Source: an uncultured Pseudobdellovibrionaceae bacterium (lineage in GTDB: Bacteria > Pseudomonadota > Alphaproteobacteria > Micavibrionales > Micavibrionaceae). From it: 64,000 nucleotides of DNA. Positions 27,214 through 36,916 of this stretch are shown here, piece after piece (position 1 is the first letter of the stretch; every line of letters begins with the position of its first letter). The position numbers were made by a program, and so were the translations under genes. The stretch is taken from contig CAZNYM010000004.1 of NCBI GenBank assembly GCA_964577255.1, positions 804 to 64,803 on the forward strand. Reading direction: 5' to 3'. A model generated the notes under the pieces. That model did no database searches, was not told where the DNA came from, and worked only from the letters and a program-made list of their open reading frames with translations.

Positions 27214-30200
27214 ATGTTTAAGCCAGTTCTCCGTTTTTTCCGCCGTTCCAGCCTGGTGATGGTCGAAGCCGTCGCCGTGACCATCGGTCTGGCGGTTCTG
27301 CTGGGCGCGCTTTTCATGTGGCGCCTTTCCGCCGGGCCTTTGGACGTCAGCTTCGCCAAAAGCTACGTCGAGGAAGCCCTGCGCGACGTGCAGGCGGGCT
27401 ACAGCGTACGGATCGACAGCGCCCAGCTGACCTGGCCCGAGCTCAAGGGGCCGCTCGTGCTACGGCTGGGGCGGGTCGATCTCCTTTATAACCAGCAGCC
27501 GCTTGCGCAGGTGGGCGGGGTCGAGGTCGGCGTGTCGCGCCGCGCGCTGCTGCTCGGGAAAGTCCAGCCTGTGAATGTTTCCCTGACCGCGCCGGCCCTG
27601 CGGTTGGTGCGTACCGCCGACAACGATCTTCATTTCGTGCTGAGCCAAGGTGCCGTGACACAGGAAGAATCCGGTCCCTTAAGCGGCAACCCGCTCGAAT
27701 ACATGCTCACGGCCCTGTCCTCGGAAGAAGAATCCCTGCGCTCACGCAGGGGGCCGCTTGCCCGCCTGCGCAGCTTCGCGATCCACGATGCGCGCATGGT
27801 GATCGAGGACCACATCATGGGCATCAGCTGGTACATCAAGCCCATCGACCTGATGTTCGCTCGCGATCGCGAAGGCCTGGCGATCACCGCGTCGCTCGTG
27901 CTTCCCGGGGGCGGTGGCAAGCAGGGCAAAGTCAACATCGACGCCATGTTCAACCGGACGCAGAAACGCATCGTCGCCAACCTGGCGCTTGCCGACTTCA
28001 ATCCGCATATCGTTTCGCACAAGGTCGATCTTCTGTCCTTCCTGAACGATCAGGATATCGTCGTGAATGGGAACGTGGCCCTGGTGACCGACCAGGCACT
28101 GACACTTGAGAAACTGGACATGAACCTTTCCGCCGGAAGGGGCCAGATCAACCTGCCGGAATATTACGACGCGCCGCTGCCCTTCACCGGCATCGATTTC
28201 ACCGCGTCTTATGACCACGCCGGCAAAATCCTTGAGAACGCCGCCCTGACCCTGCGCATGGACGAGCTGCAGGCGACCTTCGCCGCCACGTTGACGCTGG
28301 AAAAGGAAAAAGTCAGCGGCCCGGTGACGCTGACCGTTCCGGAGATATCGGCGGCGGCGCTTGCGCGCCTGTGGCCCAAGCATCTCGATCATCTCGGCGC
28401 CAAGCCCTGGATCAAGGATAAAATGTCGGGAGGGCGCTTTGTCGATGGCACCGCTTCGCTTGACCTCACGCTGACGCGCAAGGCCGCGGCGGAAGGCGGA
28501 GTCGTGGAATGGGTATCGGCCGTTGCCAACATGAAAGCCGGCATCGGCATCGAGAACATGGATGTCAATTATAACCGCCCGATGGTGCCGATGACCGATG
28601 CCGGCGGCAAGGCGCGCTATGAAGACGATACGCTGCATATCACACTCGATCGCGGCGGGATTGGTCAGCTTTCCATCAAGGAAGCCGATATCAAGGTCAC
28701 CAACCTGCTGGCCGACACAGCGGGCTTCGTCACCATCGACACCAGGCTCGGGGGCAGTCTGCAAAGCGGCTTTCATTACCTGCAGCAGGAACCGATCGCC
28801 TTCGATCTGGTGGCCGCGGGGATCGACAAGGGCAACGTGCAGGGCGACATCGACTTCGACATCCTCGTAACTTTTCCCGCGCTGCGCGACCTGCCCAAGG
28901 AGAAAGTTTCGGTGAAGGCCCAAGGCAGCGTGCGCAACATGCTCCTGCCGCGCATGATCAAGGGGCTCGATGTTAGCGGCGGCCCGATGAACGTGCAGGT
29001 GGAGAAAGGGGAGATACATATCAGTGGCACGCCGCGCATCGCCGGGCGTGACACCAAAACGACCCTACACGCCTTCACCAGCATTGCCAACAGGCCTTAT
29101 GTGCTGCAGGTCAAATCCGACCTTGTCGCCGATCCCGAGCTGCGCCGCGCGTTCGGCGCCGAACTGCCGGAATGGGTGCGGGGCGATCTGCCGGTCAATG
29201 TCGTCTATACCGACCGCGCCGGCGACCGCACCGATATCGACGTGACGGCCGATGTCGGCCCGGTGGCGGTTATGGTCGCACCCTTTGCCTATGAAAAGCC
29301 CGTGGGCGTCGAGGGTACCGCCAAGGCTCACGCCGTCCTTGATAAAGGCGTGCTGAAGGAAATATCCGATCTCGCTATCGATACGCCCGACCTGAATGTG
29401 CAGAAGGGTACGCTCGGATTCACACAGGTCAAGGGCGAGGCTTTTCTCAGTCACGGCAGCTTCAAACGCGTGGTGCTTAAGGAAACCGATGTCAACATGA
29501 CTTTCAATCGTGGCACCGATGAAAAACTGCGCATTGCCATGACCGGCCCGTTCCTCGACGCCCGTTCTTTTCTGGGCAAGGGCGGCAAGGACTACAAGCC
29601 TTACACCGGCCCGGCGGTGGAAGCGGATGTGAATGTCAGACGCATGCGCGTCAATCCGGGCGGCGTGGTGGAGGCCACTAAAATTTACGCCGATATGAAC
29701 GCCAAGGGCGATCTCAACCGTTTCGAGATGGACTCGACCGTCGGCGACGGGCCGCTCAAACTGCGCTACCGTCCTTCCGACAGCGGGCTGATGACCATCT
29801 TCGTCGAAGCGGCTGATGCCGGTGCCACGCTGCGCGCCTTCAACGTCTATGAAAACATGAAGGGTGGCAAGCTTGTGCTCAATGGCCGCTCCGTCAACGG
29901 CACCGATCAGCGCAATGTTCTGCGCGGCAATGGCAACATCACCGATTTCAATGTCGTTAAGGCGCCTATTCTGGCGCGTCTGCTGGGGGCCATGAGTATC
30001 ACCGGCATCCCCGAGCTGCTGGGCAACCAGGGGATTTTCTTCGCTCGCCTGGAAGCTGATTTCGACTGGGTAGTGCAGCGCCAGGGCGACATTTATTACA
30101 TGCGCGACGGGCGCACTTCCGGCTCCTCGGTCGGCCTCACTTTCCAGGGTCGCGTCGACAAGGTGCAGGATGAGATGAACATCAACGGCACCATCATTCC

Positions 30201-30483
30201 GGCTTCCATGCTCAATGAGATCATCAGCAATATTCCCATCCTGGGTACGCTTTTGACCGGTGGCGGCGAAAGCGCGCTGATCGCCGCGACCTACACGGTC
30301 AAGGGCCCGTCGCAGACGCCCACCGTCACGGTCAACCCGCTTTCGGTGCTGGCGCCCGGCTTCTTGCGCCGGGTGTTCTTCGAGGAAGATGTGAAGGACA
30401 AAGCCACGCCGGGCGAGGGCCGCGCGCCGCCGGAGGCAAAGCAACCGGAACCCCCGCGCGTGCGTGCGCCCGTCAACCGGTAA
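27214..30483 (+). CDS. AsmA/YhdP-like large envelope protein (N-terminal TM anchor, long beta-rich body, AsmA-like C-terminal region)
   Basis: 1089 aa. N-terminal TM helix (LVMVEAVAVTIGLAVLLGALFMW), repetitive beta-rich sequence, and a C-terminus GTIIPASMLNEIISNIPILGTLLTGGGESALIAATYTVKGPSQTPTVTVNPLS typical of YhdP/AsmA-like proteins. Confidence 0.7.
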   Translation: MFKPVLRFFRRSSLVMVEAVAVTIGLAVLLGALFMWRLSAGPLDVSFAKSYVEEALRDVQAGYSVRIDSAQLTWPELKGPLVLRLGRVDLLYNQQPLAQVGGVEVGVSRRALLLGKVQPVNVSLTAPALRLVRTADNDLHFVLSQGAVTQEESGPLSGNPLEYMLTALSSEEESLRSRRGPLARLRSFAIHDARMVIEDHIMGISWYIKPIDLMFARDREGLAITASLVLPGGGGKQGKVNIDAMFNRTQKRIVANLALADFNPHIVSHKVDLLSFLNDQDIVVNGNVALVTDQALTLEKLDMNLSAGRGQINLPEYYDAPLPFTGIDFTASYDHAGKILENAALTLRMDELQATFAATLTLEKEKVSGPVTLTVPEISAAALARLWPKHLDHLGAKPWIKDKMSGGRFVDGTASLDLTLTRKAAAEGGVVEWVSAVANMKAGIGIENMDVNYNRPMVPMTDAGGKARYEDDTLHITLDRGGIGQLSIKEADIKVTNLLADTAGFVTIDTRLGGSLQSGFHYLQQEPIAFDLVAAGIDKGNVQGDIDFDILVTFPALRDLPKEKVSVKAQGSVRNMLLPRMIKGLDVSGGPMNVQVEKGEIHISGTPRIAGRDTKTTLHAFTSIANRPYVLQVKSDLVADPELRRAFGAELPEWVRGDLPVNVVYTDRAGDRTDIDVTADVGPVAVMVAPFAYEKPVGVEGTAKAHAVLDKGVLKEISDLAIDTPDLNVQKGTLGFTQVKGEAFLSHGSFKRVVLKETDVNMTFNRGTDEKLRIAMTGPFLDARSFLGKGGKDYKPYTGPAVEADVNVRRMRVNPGGVVEATKIYADMNAKGDLNRFEMDSTVGDGPLKLRYRPSDSGLMTIFVEAADAGATLRAFNVYENMKGGKLVLNGRSVNGTDQRNVLRGNGNITDFNVVKAPILARLLGAMSITGIPELLGNQGIFFARLEADFDWVVQRQGDIYYMRDGRTSGSSVGLTFQGRVDKVQDEMNINGTIIPASMLNEIISNIPILGTLLTGGGESALIAATYTVKGPSQTPTVTVNPLSVLAPGFLRRVFFEEDVKDKATPGEGRAPPEAKQPEPPRVRAPVNR

Positions 30484-30491
30484 GAAGGTTT

Positions 30492-31748
30492 TTAGCCGAC
30501 TTTCACCAGAACATGCCGTTTCTTGCCGGCCGAAAGCTTGATCGTGCCCTCGGGCGAGGTGTGGCTCTGGGTGATCAGCAGCGCGGCGTCACTCACGGTT
30601 TCATCGTTGCAGCGCGCGCCGCCGGCCTGGATCAGCTTGCGCGCCTCGCCTTTGGACGCCGCCATGCCGGCCTCGACCAGCAAATCGATCAGCGCCACGC
30701 CCGCCTTCAGGCGCGCGCCCGCCACGGTGATGACCGGCAGTTCGCTGCCCACGCCGCCCTGCTCGAACACCTGTTTCGCGGTGGCGGCGGCCTTTTGCGC
30801 TTCTTCCGCGCCATGGCACATTTTGGTGGCTTCATTAGCCAGAATGATTTTCGCTTCGTTGATCTCGGCCCCGCCCAGCTTCTCAAGCCGCGCGATCTCT
30901 TCAAGCGGCAGGGTGGTGAAACGGCGCAGCAGCCTGCCGACATCGGCGTCCTCGGCGTTGCGCCAGTATTGCCAGTAATCGTAGGGCGAAAGCATGGCGG
31001 CGTTCAACCACACGGCGCCCTTTTCCGTCTTGCCCATTTTCTTGCCGTCGGCGGTGGTCAGCAGCGGCGCGGTCAGGGCGAAAAGCTGCACCTGCGCGGC
31101 CTTGTGTGCCAGATCGACGCCGTTGATGATGTTGCCCCACTGATCCGATCCGCCCATCTGCAGGATCGTGCCGTGGCGGCGGTATAACTCGAGGAAATCG
31201 TAACCCTGCATCACCATGTAATTGAATTCCAACAACGTCAGCGGGCTTTCGCGCTCCAGGCGCTGCTTCACGGAATCAAAAGACAGCATGCGGTTGACGG
31301 TGAAATGGCGGCCGTAATCGCGCAGGAAATCGAGATATTTCAACCCGGCGAGCCAGTCGTTGTTGTTGACCATCAGCGCATCGGTCTTGCCGGAGCCATA
31401 GCGCAGGAACTGCTTGAAGCAGGTATCCTGAATTTTCTTTATGTTGGTTTCGATGGTGGCATCGTCGAGCAGCTTGCGTGATTCATCCTTGAACGACGGA
31501 TCGCCGATCTTGGACGTGCCGCCACCCATCAGCGTGATGGGTTTGTGGCCCGCCTGCTGGAACCAGTATAGCATCATGATGCCGGTCAGGTTGCCGATAT
31601 GCAGGCTCTGCGCCGTGGCGTCGAAGCCGATATAGGCCGACTGCACCCCTTCGCACAGCTTCCTGTCGAGGCCTGCAAGGTCGCTGCCCTGGTGGATAAA
31701 GCCGCGCCGGTCGAGGACGTTCAGGAATTCGGATTTGTAAGAGGCCAT
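30492..31748 (-). CDS. tyrS: Tyrosine--tRNA ligase
   Basis: 418 aa. HIGN (HIGH-type) and KMGKT (KMSKS-type) motifs, and a C-terminal S4-like domain. Confidence 0.93.
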   Translation of the reverse strand: MASYKSEFLNVLDRRGFIHQGSDLAGLDRKLCEGVQSAYIGFDATAQSLHIGNLTGIMMLYWFQQAGHKPITLMGGGTSKIGDPSFKDESRKLLDDATIETNIKKIQDTCFKQFLRYGSGKTDALMVNNNDWLAGLKYLDFLRDYGRHFTVNRMLSFDSVKQRLERESPLTLLEFNYMVMQGYDFLELYRRHGTILQMGGSDQWGNIINGVDLAHKAAQVQLFALTAPLLTTADGKKMGKTEKGAVWLNAAMLSPYDYWQYWRNAEDADVGRLLRRFTTLPLEEIARLEKLGGAEINEAKIILANEATKMCHGAEEAQKAAATAKQVFEQGGVGSELPVITVAGARLKAGVALIDLLVEAGMAASKGEARKLIQAGGARCNDETVSDAALLITQSHTSPEGTIKLSAGKKRHVLVKVG

Positions 31749-31806
31749 GAAAATTCACTTCCTTGCAAGGGGGAGCCTAGCGAAGGATTTGTCGTGTTTC
31801 AACATC

Positions 31807-33486
31807 TTATAATGGGTTTGGCGATGTTAAAGTCTTATCAGGGGTGCTCTTAAGATCTACAAAGACAAATGGCTTGTAGAGCCCCAGATCATTTCGGGGT
31901 GGCCGCAGGGTAATAACCCAGAAGCCTTGCCCCTGGCTTTCTCGGCGTGCCCCTGCTTGCAACAGCACCAGCTGGTTTTTTTGTCTATTCAGACGTTCCG
32001 GCATCAGTGCGAGATTCTCAAAGTGATTGGTTCCGCCGCAATGCAGATCGACGATGTGATCGACCGAGAGATTTCCCAATGACTGACGCTGGGGATCCGG
32101 TATTCTTCCTGTTTCAAGCATCACTTGAATTGACTGACGATCGAATCCTGCCGCTTCTAAATCGTCAGAGAACCCAACTGCCAGCCATGTGATAAAGGCA
32201 CACTTGAAAGAATCCTGACCGTCTGCGGGCCCTGATTTCTTGAACATACTGCGGCGTATACGACTTAAATCGGCATCCTGCTCAGCGTAATAACTTACAA
32301 CAGGTTCAAGAAAGTGACGTGTTTGGTCAATCAGGGAAATAAATTTTTTGAAATGTTCGGGCGGTAGCTGTGTGCGCATGTCCGCAATAATCTCTTCAAC
32401 TTCCGGGCACGGTATATGACGCCATATCTCTTCGAACATACGTCGGATTGCTTCTGATTTTTCATCTTCAGTCACAGGCTGCCCCAGTATTTCCATCTGT
32501 GCGCAATAATCATCATTATAGGCAAGATACAGGTCTTCTAAACCCCGGGCCAATGCCGCCATTTTGTGGGGCGGTACCTTGTCTTTGTGGTGCTCCAAAT
32601 AATACCGGGTCATACCCATTGCAATTACAGGCATAAAACTGGGATTAATCATTGATTTTATCAGGGAACTGATCAGGTCATATTGCTCATTAAGGGCGAT
32701 TTTTCCAGGGGCAAAGTTTCCCAGATCGCTTATGAAGCAGCTGGCTACGCTCCTGATCTGGGCAATGTGGTCGACCAGGTTGACAGGCTCCGCTTCTGCT
32801 TCAGTTTTACCCAAACCAGCATAAAACTCACAGATGGTCAGACAAACAAACAGATCTTCGGCAGTATCCGGGCCATATCGCGGCAGATACAGTTCATCAA
32901 GAAAATCAGCACGCTGTTTCTGATGTATGTTGATGGCGAGTGAAAGCAGAGCATAGCGCATAGTGTCATGCTCCGGTTTCAGGGCGCCGGTGGCGACCAT
33001 GAATAGAGTCCTAAGCCTGCCTGTGTTATTGCGACGGATTTTAGTTTCTAGGAAAAATTTAAACAGGTCATCTTGGCAGGCGCTTGCATCTTGCTCAGCC
33101 GCTTTCTTCCGGGCGGCGGCTATGAAGTTATGCACTGCTTCTTTATCTTCACCCCACGATGCCAGGCGTGTAAAAAGTTCCGCGCCCTTATGTAAGCATT
33201 TTAAGTTTTGTCCTCCGAGGCGTAAAAACACATTACGCAACCCTGTCAGATAAAAGGCAGGGGAATCTTTCATCGCATTTTCGCAAGCAAGATAAATAAC
33301 TTGGTTTTGTAACGCGCTGCAGACAAACGTACGCGTTTCATCGTCCAGCTCCCGGTAAATAAATCCAAGCGTGATGGCTTCTTCAAGCGCGCAAGCTCTC
33401 GCGGCGATTTCGAACCGTGAGAGAGGTGGATTTTTGTTGCCGTAGGAACTAATAATCAGGTCGGCAGCTTTGGCTAGGATTGACAT
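31807..33486 (-). CDS. Hypothetical protein with large helical N-terminal region and C-terminal HNH-type nuclease motif
   Basis: 559 aa. aa 474-504 (nt 31975-32067) read SVDHIVDLHCGGTNHFENLALMPERLNRQKN, i.e. DH..x..GG..N..x..N..K spacing of HNH/HNN nucleases. Sampled 60-nt lines at 32281 and 32641 are 38-40% G+C. Flanking genes look much more G+C-rich by eye (not counted). Confidence 0.65.
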   Translation of the reverse strand: MSILAKAADLIISSYGNKNPPLSRFEIAARACALEEAITLGFIYRELDDETRTFVCSALQNQVIYLACENAMKDSPAFYLTGLRNVFLRLGGQNLKCLHKGAELFTRLASWGEDKEAVHNFIAAARKKAAEQDASACQDDLFKFFLETKIRRNNTGRLRTLFMVATGALKPEHDTMRYALLSLAINIHQKQRADFLDELYLPRYGPDTAEDLFVCLTICEFYAGLGKTEAEAEPVNLVDHIAQIRSVASCFISDLGNFAPGKIALNEQYDLISSLIKSMINPSFMPVIAMGMTRYYLEHHKDKVPPHKMAALARGLEDLYLAYNDDYCAQMEILGQPVTEDEKSEAIRRMFEEIWRHIPCPEVEEIIADMRTQLPPEHFKKFISLIDQTRHFLEPVVSYYAEQDADLSRIRRSMFKKSGPADGQDSFKCAFITWLAVGFSDDLEAAGFDRQSIQVMLETGRIPDPQRQSLGNLSVDHIVDLHCGGTNHFENLALMPERLNRQKNQLVLLQAGARRESQGQGFWVITLRPPRNDLGLYKPFVFVDLKSTPDKTLTSPNPL

Positions 33487-33516
33487 GGGGCTGCACTATA
33501 CAAAGAGTTAATTGTT

Positions 33517-34614
33517 ATGTCAAAAGAAAACGGGCAAAAAATATACAACGTCATCGGCCTCATGTCCGGCACCTCGCTCGACGGGATCGACGCGGCGCTG
33601 ATCCGCACGGATGGCGAAGCGGTGGTAGAGCCGCAGGCTTTTCTGACTTTGCCCTATGCCCCGGATGCGCGCGCGGCTTTGCGCGCCTGCCTGGGTTTGC
33701 GCGCGGACCCGGACGGACGGGTGGCGCGGGCGGCCGATCTGATGACGCGGGCGCACGCGGAAGCGGTGCGCGACCTGCTGGCCCTGGCGTCGCTTGATCC
33801 TGCTGCCATCGACCTGATCGGCTTTCACGGCCAGACGGTTTTTCACGACCCCGCCAGCAAATTCACCTGGCAGATCGGCGACGGGGCCTTGCTCGCGCGC
33901 CTTACCAGCATCGACGTGGTGAGTGATTTCCGCACCAATGATGTTAAAGCGGGCGGGCAGGGCGCGCCGCTCATCCCCCTTTATCACGCGGCGCTGGCGC
34001 ATGTGCTCGAAAAGCCCGTCGCTATCCTCAATATCGGCGGCGTGGCCAATGTAACTTATATCGATGAAGAGCAGGTGATGGCCTTTGACACCGGCCCCGG
34101 CAACGCGCTCATCAACGACTGGGTACGAAAACATACGGGTGCGGAACTGGATCAGGATGGCACGCATGCGCTTTCTGGTACAGTCGACACCGCGGCGCTC
34201 AGCCGCCTGGCGCAAAATCCGTTTTTCTCTGTGCGCCCCCCGAAATCGCTCGACCGCGACGCGTGGAACACTGCGTTCCTCAAAGATCTGTCGCTTGCCG
34301 ATGGCGCGGCGACGCTGTCCGCCTTCACCGTGCGCGCGGTGGCGCTGGCGCTCGAACATCTGCCGAAGCGGCCGCGCGCCTGGTACGTGACGGGCGGCGG
34401 GCGGCTCAATCCCGCGCTGATGCAGGGGCTTCAGAAGGTGCTCGGTGTGCCGGTCGCACCGGTCGAAGCGCTGGGCTGGGATGGCGATGCGCTCGAGGCG
34501 CAGGGCTTCGCCTATCTCGCCGTGCGTTCTCTCAAGGGCCTGCCGCTCTCGCTGCCCGGCACGACCGGCGTGCCCGCGCCGCTTTCCGGAGGAACACTCC
34601 ATCATGCCGCTTAA
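33517..34614 (+). CDS. anmK: Anhydro-N-acetylmuramic acid kinase
   Basis: 365 aa. IGLMSGTSLDGIDAAL N-terminus and overall AnmK pattern. Confidence 0.9.
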   Translation: MSKENGQKIYNVIGLMSGTSLDGIDAALIRTDGEAVVEPQAFLTLPYAPDARAALRACLGLRADPDGRVARAADLMTRAHAEAVRDLLALASLDPAAIDLIGFHGQTVFHDPASKFTWQIGDGALLARLTSIDVVSDFRTNDVKAGGQGAPLIPLYHAALAHVLEKPVAILNIGGVANVTYIDEEQVMAFDTGPGNALINDWVRKHTGAELDQDGTHALSGTVDTAALSRLAQNPFFSVRPPKSLDRDAWNTAFLKDLSLADGAATLSAFTVRAVALALEHLPKRPRAWYVTGGGRLNPALMQGLQKVLGVPVAPVEALGWDGDALEAQGFAYLAVRSLKGLPLSLPGTTGVPAPLSGGTLHHAA

Positions 34615-35587
34615 AACGGTAACGCCCGAAACGCTGCGCGAGGCCGCCGCGCTCCTGCGCGCCGGGCGGCTGGTCGCGTTTCCTACAGAAACAGTATACG
34701 GCTTGGGCGCGAACGCGCTCGACGGCAAGGTTGTCGCCGGCATTTTCGTGGCCAAGGGCCGGCCGTCCTTCAATCCCGTGATCGTGCATGTGGAAACGCT
34801 GGCGCAGGGCGAGCAATACGGCGTTTTCGATGCCCTCTCCCGCGCCGTGGCGGCTTCGTTCTGGCCCGGACCCCTGACCCTGATCGTGCCGCGCCGCGCT
34901 GATTGCGCCGCGAGCGAACTGTGCAGCGCCGGCCTGCCGACCATCGCCCTGCGCGCGCCCGCGCATCCGGCCGCGCAGGCCTTGCTGAAAGAAAGCGGCG
35001 TGCCGATCGCGGCGCCGAGCGCCAACAAATCCGGAACCATCAGCCCCACTACGCCGCAGCTGGTGGAAAAAAGCCTGGGCGCGGCGGTGGATATGATCCT
35101 GGCGGCGGGGCCGTGCGCGGTCGGGCTCGAATCGACCGTGCTCGATCTGAGCGGCGATGAGCCTGCGATCCTGCGTCCGGGCGCGGTGACGGCCGAGGAT
35201 ATCGAGCGTCAATGCGGTCTGAAGGTCGGTTACGATCTCGATCCCAGAGAGAAGCCAAAATCGCCGGGCCAGCTGCTGCGCCATTACGCGCCGTCGATTC
35301 CTCTGCGCCTGAACGCCGTCGAGGTGGAGCCGGGCGAGGCGCTGCTCGCGTTCGGCTCGTTGAAATTCATGGGCGTGAAGGGCGGGGGATTCGCCAAGGA
35401 TCTGCCCGCGCACGCGCTGCGCAACCTCAGCCCGGAAGGCGATCTGCACGAGGCGGCCGCAAACCTTTTCCGCATGCTGCACGAGCTCGACATCGCGCCC
35501 CATACGCGCATAGCCGCCATGAACATCCCCGATCAGGGATTGGGAATCGCGATCAACGACCGCCTGAAGCGCGCCGCGCGGGGCTGA
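34604..35587 (+). CDS. tsaC: L-threonylcarbamoyladenylate synthase (Sua5/YwlC long form)
   Basis: Track ORF starts at 34445, but that N-terminal extension is Arg-rich and overlaps anmK. ATG 34604 (GGAGGA upstream) gives MPLKTVTPETLREAAALLRAGRLVAFPTETVYGLGANA, plus SANKSG and a Sua5 C-terminal domain. 327 aa. Confidence 0.88.
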   Translation: MPLKTVTPETLREAAALLRAGRLVAFPTETVYGLGANALDGKVVAGIFVAKGRPSFNPVIVHVETLAQGEQYGVFDALSRAVAASFWPGPLTLIVPRRADCAASELCSAGLPTIALRAPAHPAAQALLKESGVPIAAPSANKSGTISPTTPQLVEKSLGAAVDMILAAGPCAVGLESTVLDLSGDEPAILRPGAVTAEDIERQCGLKVGYDLDPREKPKSPGQLLRHYAPSIPLRLNAVEVEPGEALLAFGSLKFMGVKGGGFAKDLPAHALRNLSPEGDLHEAAANLFRMLHELDIAPHTRIAAMNIPDQGLGIAINDRLKRAARG

Positions 35588-35589
35588 AA

Positions 35590-35634
35590 ACAAGCCAAAA
35601 ACAAAAGGCGCCACCCCTGCAGAGATGGCGCCTT
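35590..35634 (-). terminator. Intrinsic terminator oriented for the minus strand
   Basis: 9-bp stem AAGGCGCCA (35605-35613) / TGGCGCCTT (35626-35634) with a 12-nt loop. On the minus strand it is followed by TTGTTTTTGGCTTGTTTT. On the + strand no U-run follows. Confidence 0.6.
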
Positions 35635-35662
35635 ATCGGCGGACTTAGTTTTTATGGTTGGT

Positions 35663-35812
35663 TCAGGCGTAGGCCTTGCTGCGGAACCGCCAGAGCATTG
35701 CGTTGACGCGCTGACGGGTCACCCCGCCGGAACCGGCGTACCCCCCTGCCCCCGCGATGCGGAACAGAGACTGAAGGGCTTGCTTTCTGTAAAGTCCAAG
35801 ATGAAGACTCAT
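35663..35812 (-). CDS. Orphan mini-ORF (49 aa); alternatively the body of a small RNA
   Basis: GAGAAGGAGGTTCTA precedes the ATG (perfect AGGAGG, 6-nt spacing). Product: MSLHLGLYRKQALQSLFRIAGAGGYAGSGGVTRQRVNAMLWRFRSKAYA. The first ~15 codons have atypical A/T third positions, the rest are G/C3-rich. Flanked by an AT-rich promoter island and its own terminator. Confidence 0.4.
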   Translation of the reverse strand: MSLHLGLYRKQALQSLFRIAGAGGYAGSGGVTRQRVNAMLWRFRSKAYA

Positions 35813-36019
35813 TAGAACCTCCTTCTCTTGAGTTTACATCTTCTTTTTACATGAAAAAAACAAAACAGTCAAATAATATTTATATATAATATTTACATCT
35901 ATACTTACTATTTCTTTAAAAGTATTCAAAACAAAATACAGTATTTACAATCTATACATGAATAAATGCAATCTGTATTTGAAAATACAGGCAGTAATCC
36001 CGAAATTGAATACTGATGA
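35813..36019. promoter_or_regulatory. Very AT-rich intergenic island with direct and inverted repeats
   Basis: TTTACA(T/A) four times in one orientation (35833, 35846, 35892, 35944). Direct repeat TATTTACATCTATAC (35890-35904) / TATTTACAATCTATAC (35942-35957). Palindromes AAATACAGTATTT (35934-35946) and CTGTATTTGAAAATACAG (35973-35990). Confidence 0.5.
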
Positions 36020-36916
36020 TTACTGGTTGAAGCGGTCCTGGGACAGCGGGGAATCAAGCCGCGCCATCATCATGATCTCGACCGGGTCGCGCACCAGAGT
36101 GTGCGAAAGACGCGGGGTTGCCTGCGCGCCGCCGCCCAGCAGGTGCAAGGCCTGGGCCTGGCGGTCACGATAGAGATCATAGACCCACAGATTGTCATCG
36201 CTGACCGTGCGCGGCTTTTCGGCGGGCGTCGCAGCCGGCGCACTGGGGACAGGGGCTGATTTATTGCCTGTCATGATCGCGGAAGAGCCCTGGAATTTCT
36301 TATCGAAGAAATCATAAACCCCCGCCAGCGTGCGCGGTTCGCCGGTTTTGGCATCGTAGAAAACATTGCGGTTGGCGCGTGCCGCCTTGGGGAAGATATC
36401 GGCTGCCGTCATCAACGGGTTTTCCTGATGGGCCTTCAGGAAGCCCGCCGCTCCGCCCGGACCCATGAAATGGGCCAGATACATTTCGGTGGTGCCGATA
36501 TCGCCACCGACCTGCTGCTCGAGATAACGCTTGTTGCCGGCCGCGTATTCGGCCGCCATGAAGGACGCGATCTGCGGATCGTTGCGCAGGGCCAGGATGT
36601 CCTGGCGGCTCTGCGCGTCCGTCACCTTGCCCTTGCCGTCGATCAGGCCCGCGAATTTCCCCAGGCCGTATTTGGCGCCGTGGTCGCGCACCATCTGCAT
36701 CCAGGTGCTTTCGATGAACTGGAACAGGCCGCTGGCTGAACTGGTGGCCGATTTGACGGCGGGGCGGAAACTGCTCTCCGCCGCTGCTTTTTCGACCAGG
36801 TAGGCAAAATCGACCCCCGTGCGCGCACTGGCCTGCTTTATGGCCGACAGGATCGCGGGGGGCGCCTTGCGGATAAGGCTCGTTAGAACATTGTTTTGCA
36901 ACGAATTTTCAGACAT
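36020..36916 (-). CDS. Lytic transglycosylase (SLT-domain) protein
   Basis: The track ORF 36020-38017 is a chimera with the antisense of the acyl-CoA dehydrogenase gene. From ATG 36916 the 298-aa product begins MSENSLQNN... and contains VEKAAAESSFRPAVKSATSSASGLFQFIESTW (catalytic E-S and GLFQF motifs of SLT family). Confidence 0.7.
   Translation of the reverse strand: MSENSLQNNVLTSLIRKAPPAILSAIKQASARTGVDFAYLVEKAAAESSFRPAVKSATSSASGLFQFIESTWMQMVRDHGAKYGLGKFAGLIDGKGKVTDAQSRQDILALRNDPQIASFMAAEYAAGNKRYLEQQVGGDIGTTEMYLAHFMGPGGAAGFLKAHQENPLMTAADIFPKAARANRNVFYDAKTGEPRTLAGVYDFFDKKFQGSSAIMTGNKSAPVPSAPAATPAEKPRTVSDDNLWVYDLYRDRQAQALHLLGGGAQATPRLSHTLVRDPVEIMMMARLDSPLSQDRFNQ

Noticed and set aside
27742-30444. 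425-aa and 459-aa minus-strand ORFs inside the AsmA/YhdP-like gene
   Set aside because: Both are antisense shadows with no motifs. The + strand ORF is continuous for 1089 aa, with a TM anchor and a family-typical C-terminus.
34445-34603. Upstream 53 codons of the tsaC/sua5 ORF
   Set aside because: They overlap anmK in another frame and are Arg/Cys/Pro-rich. ATG 34604 has a GGAGGA SD and starts at the conserved family N-terminus.
33520-35049. 509-aa minus-strand ORF over anmK and tsaC; similarly 34532-35614
   Set aside because: These are antisense shadows of two confidently identified + strand genes.
35973-35990. CTGT...ACAG palindrome as a LexA/SOS box
   Set aside because: The spacing is CTGT-N10-ACAG, not the gammaproteobacterial CTGT-N8-ACAG. 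Alphaproteobacterial LexA recognises a GTTC/GAAC-N7 direct-repeat type motif, which is absent here.
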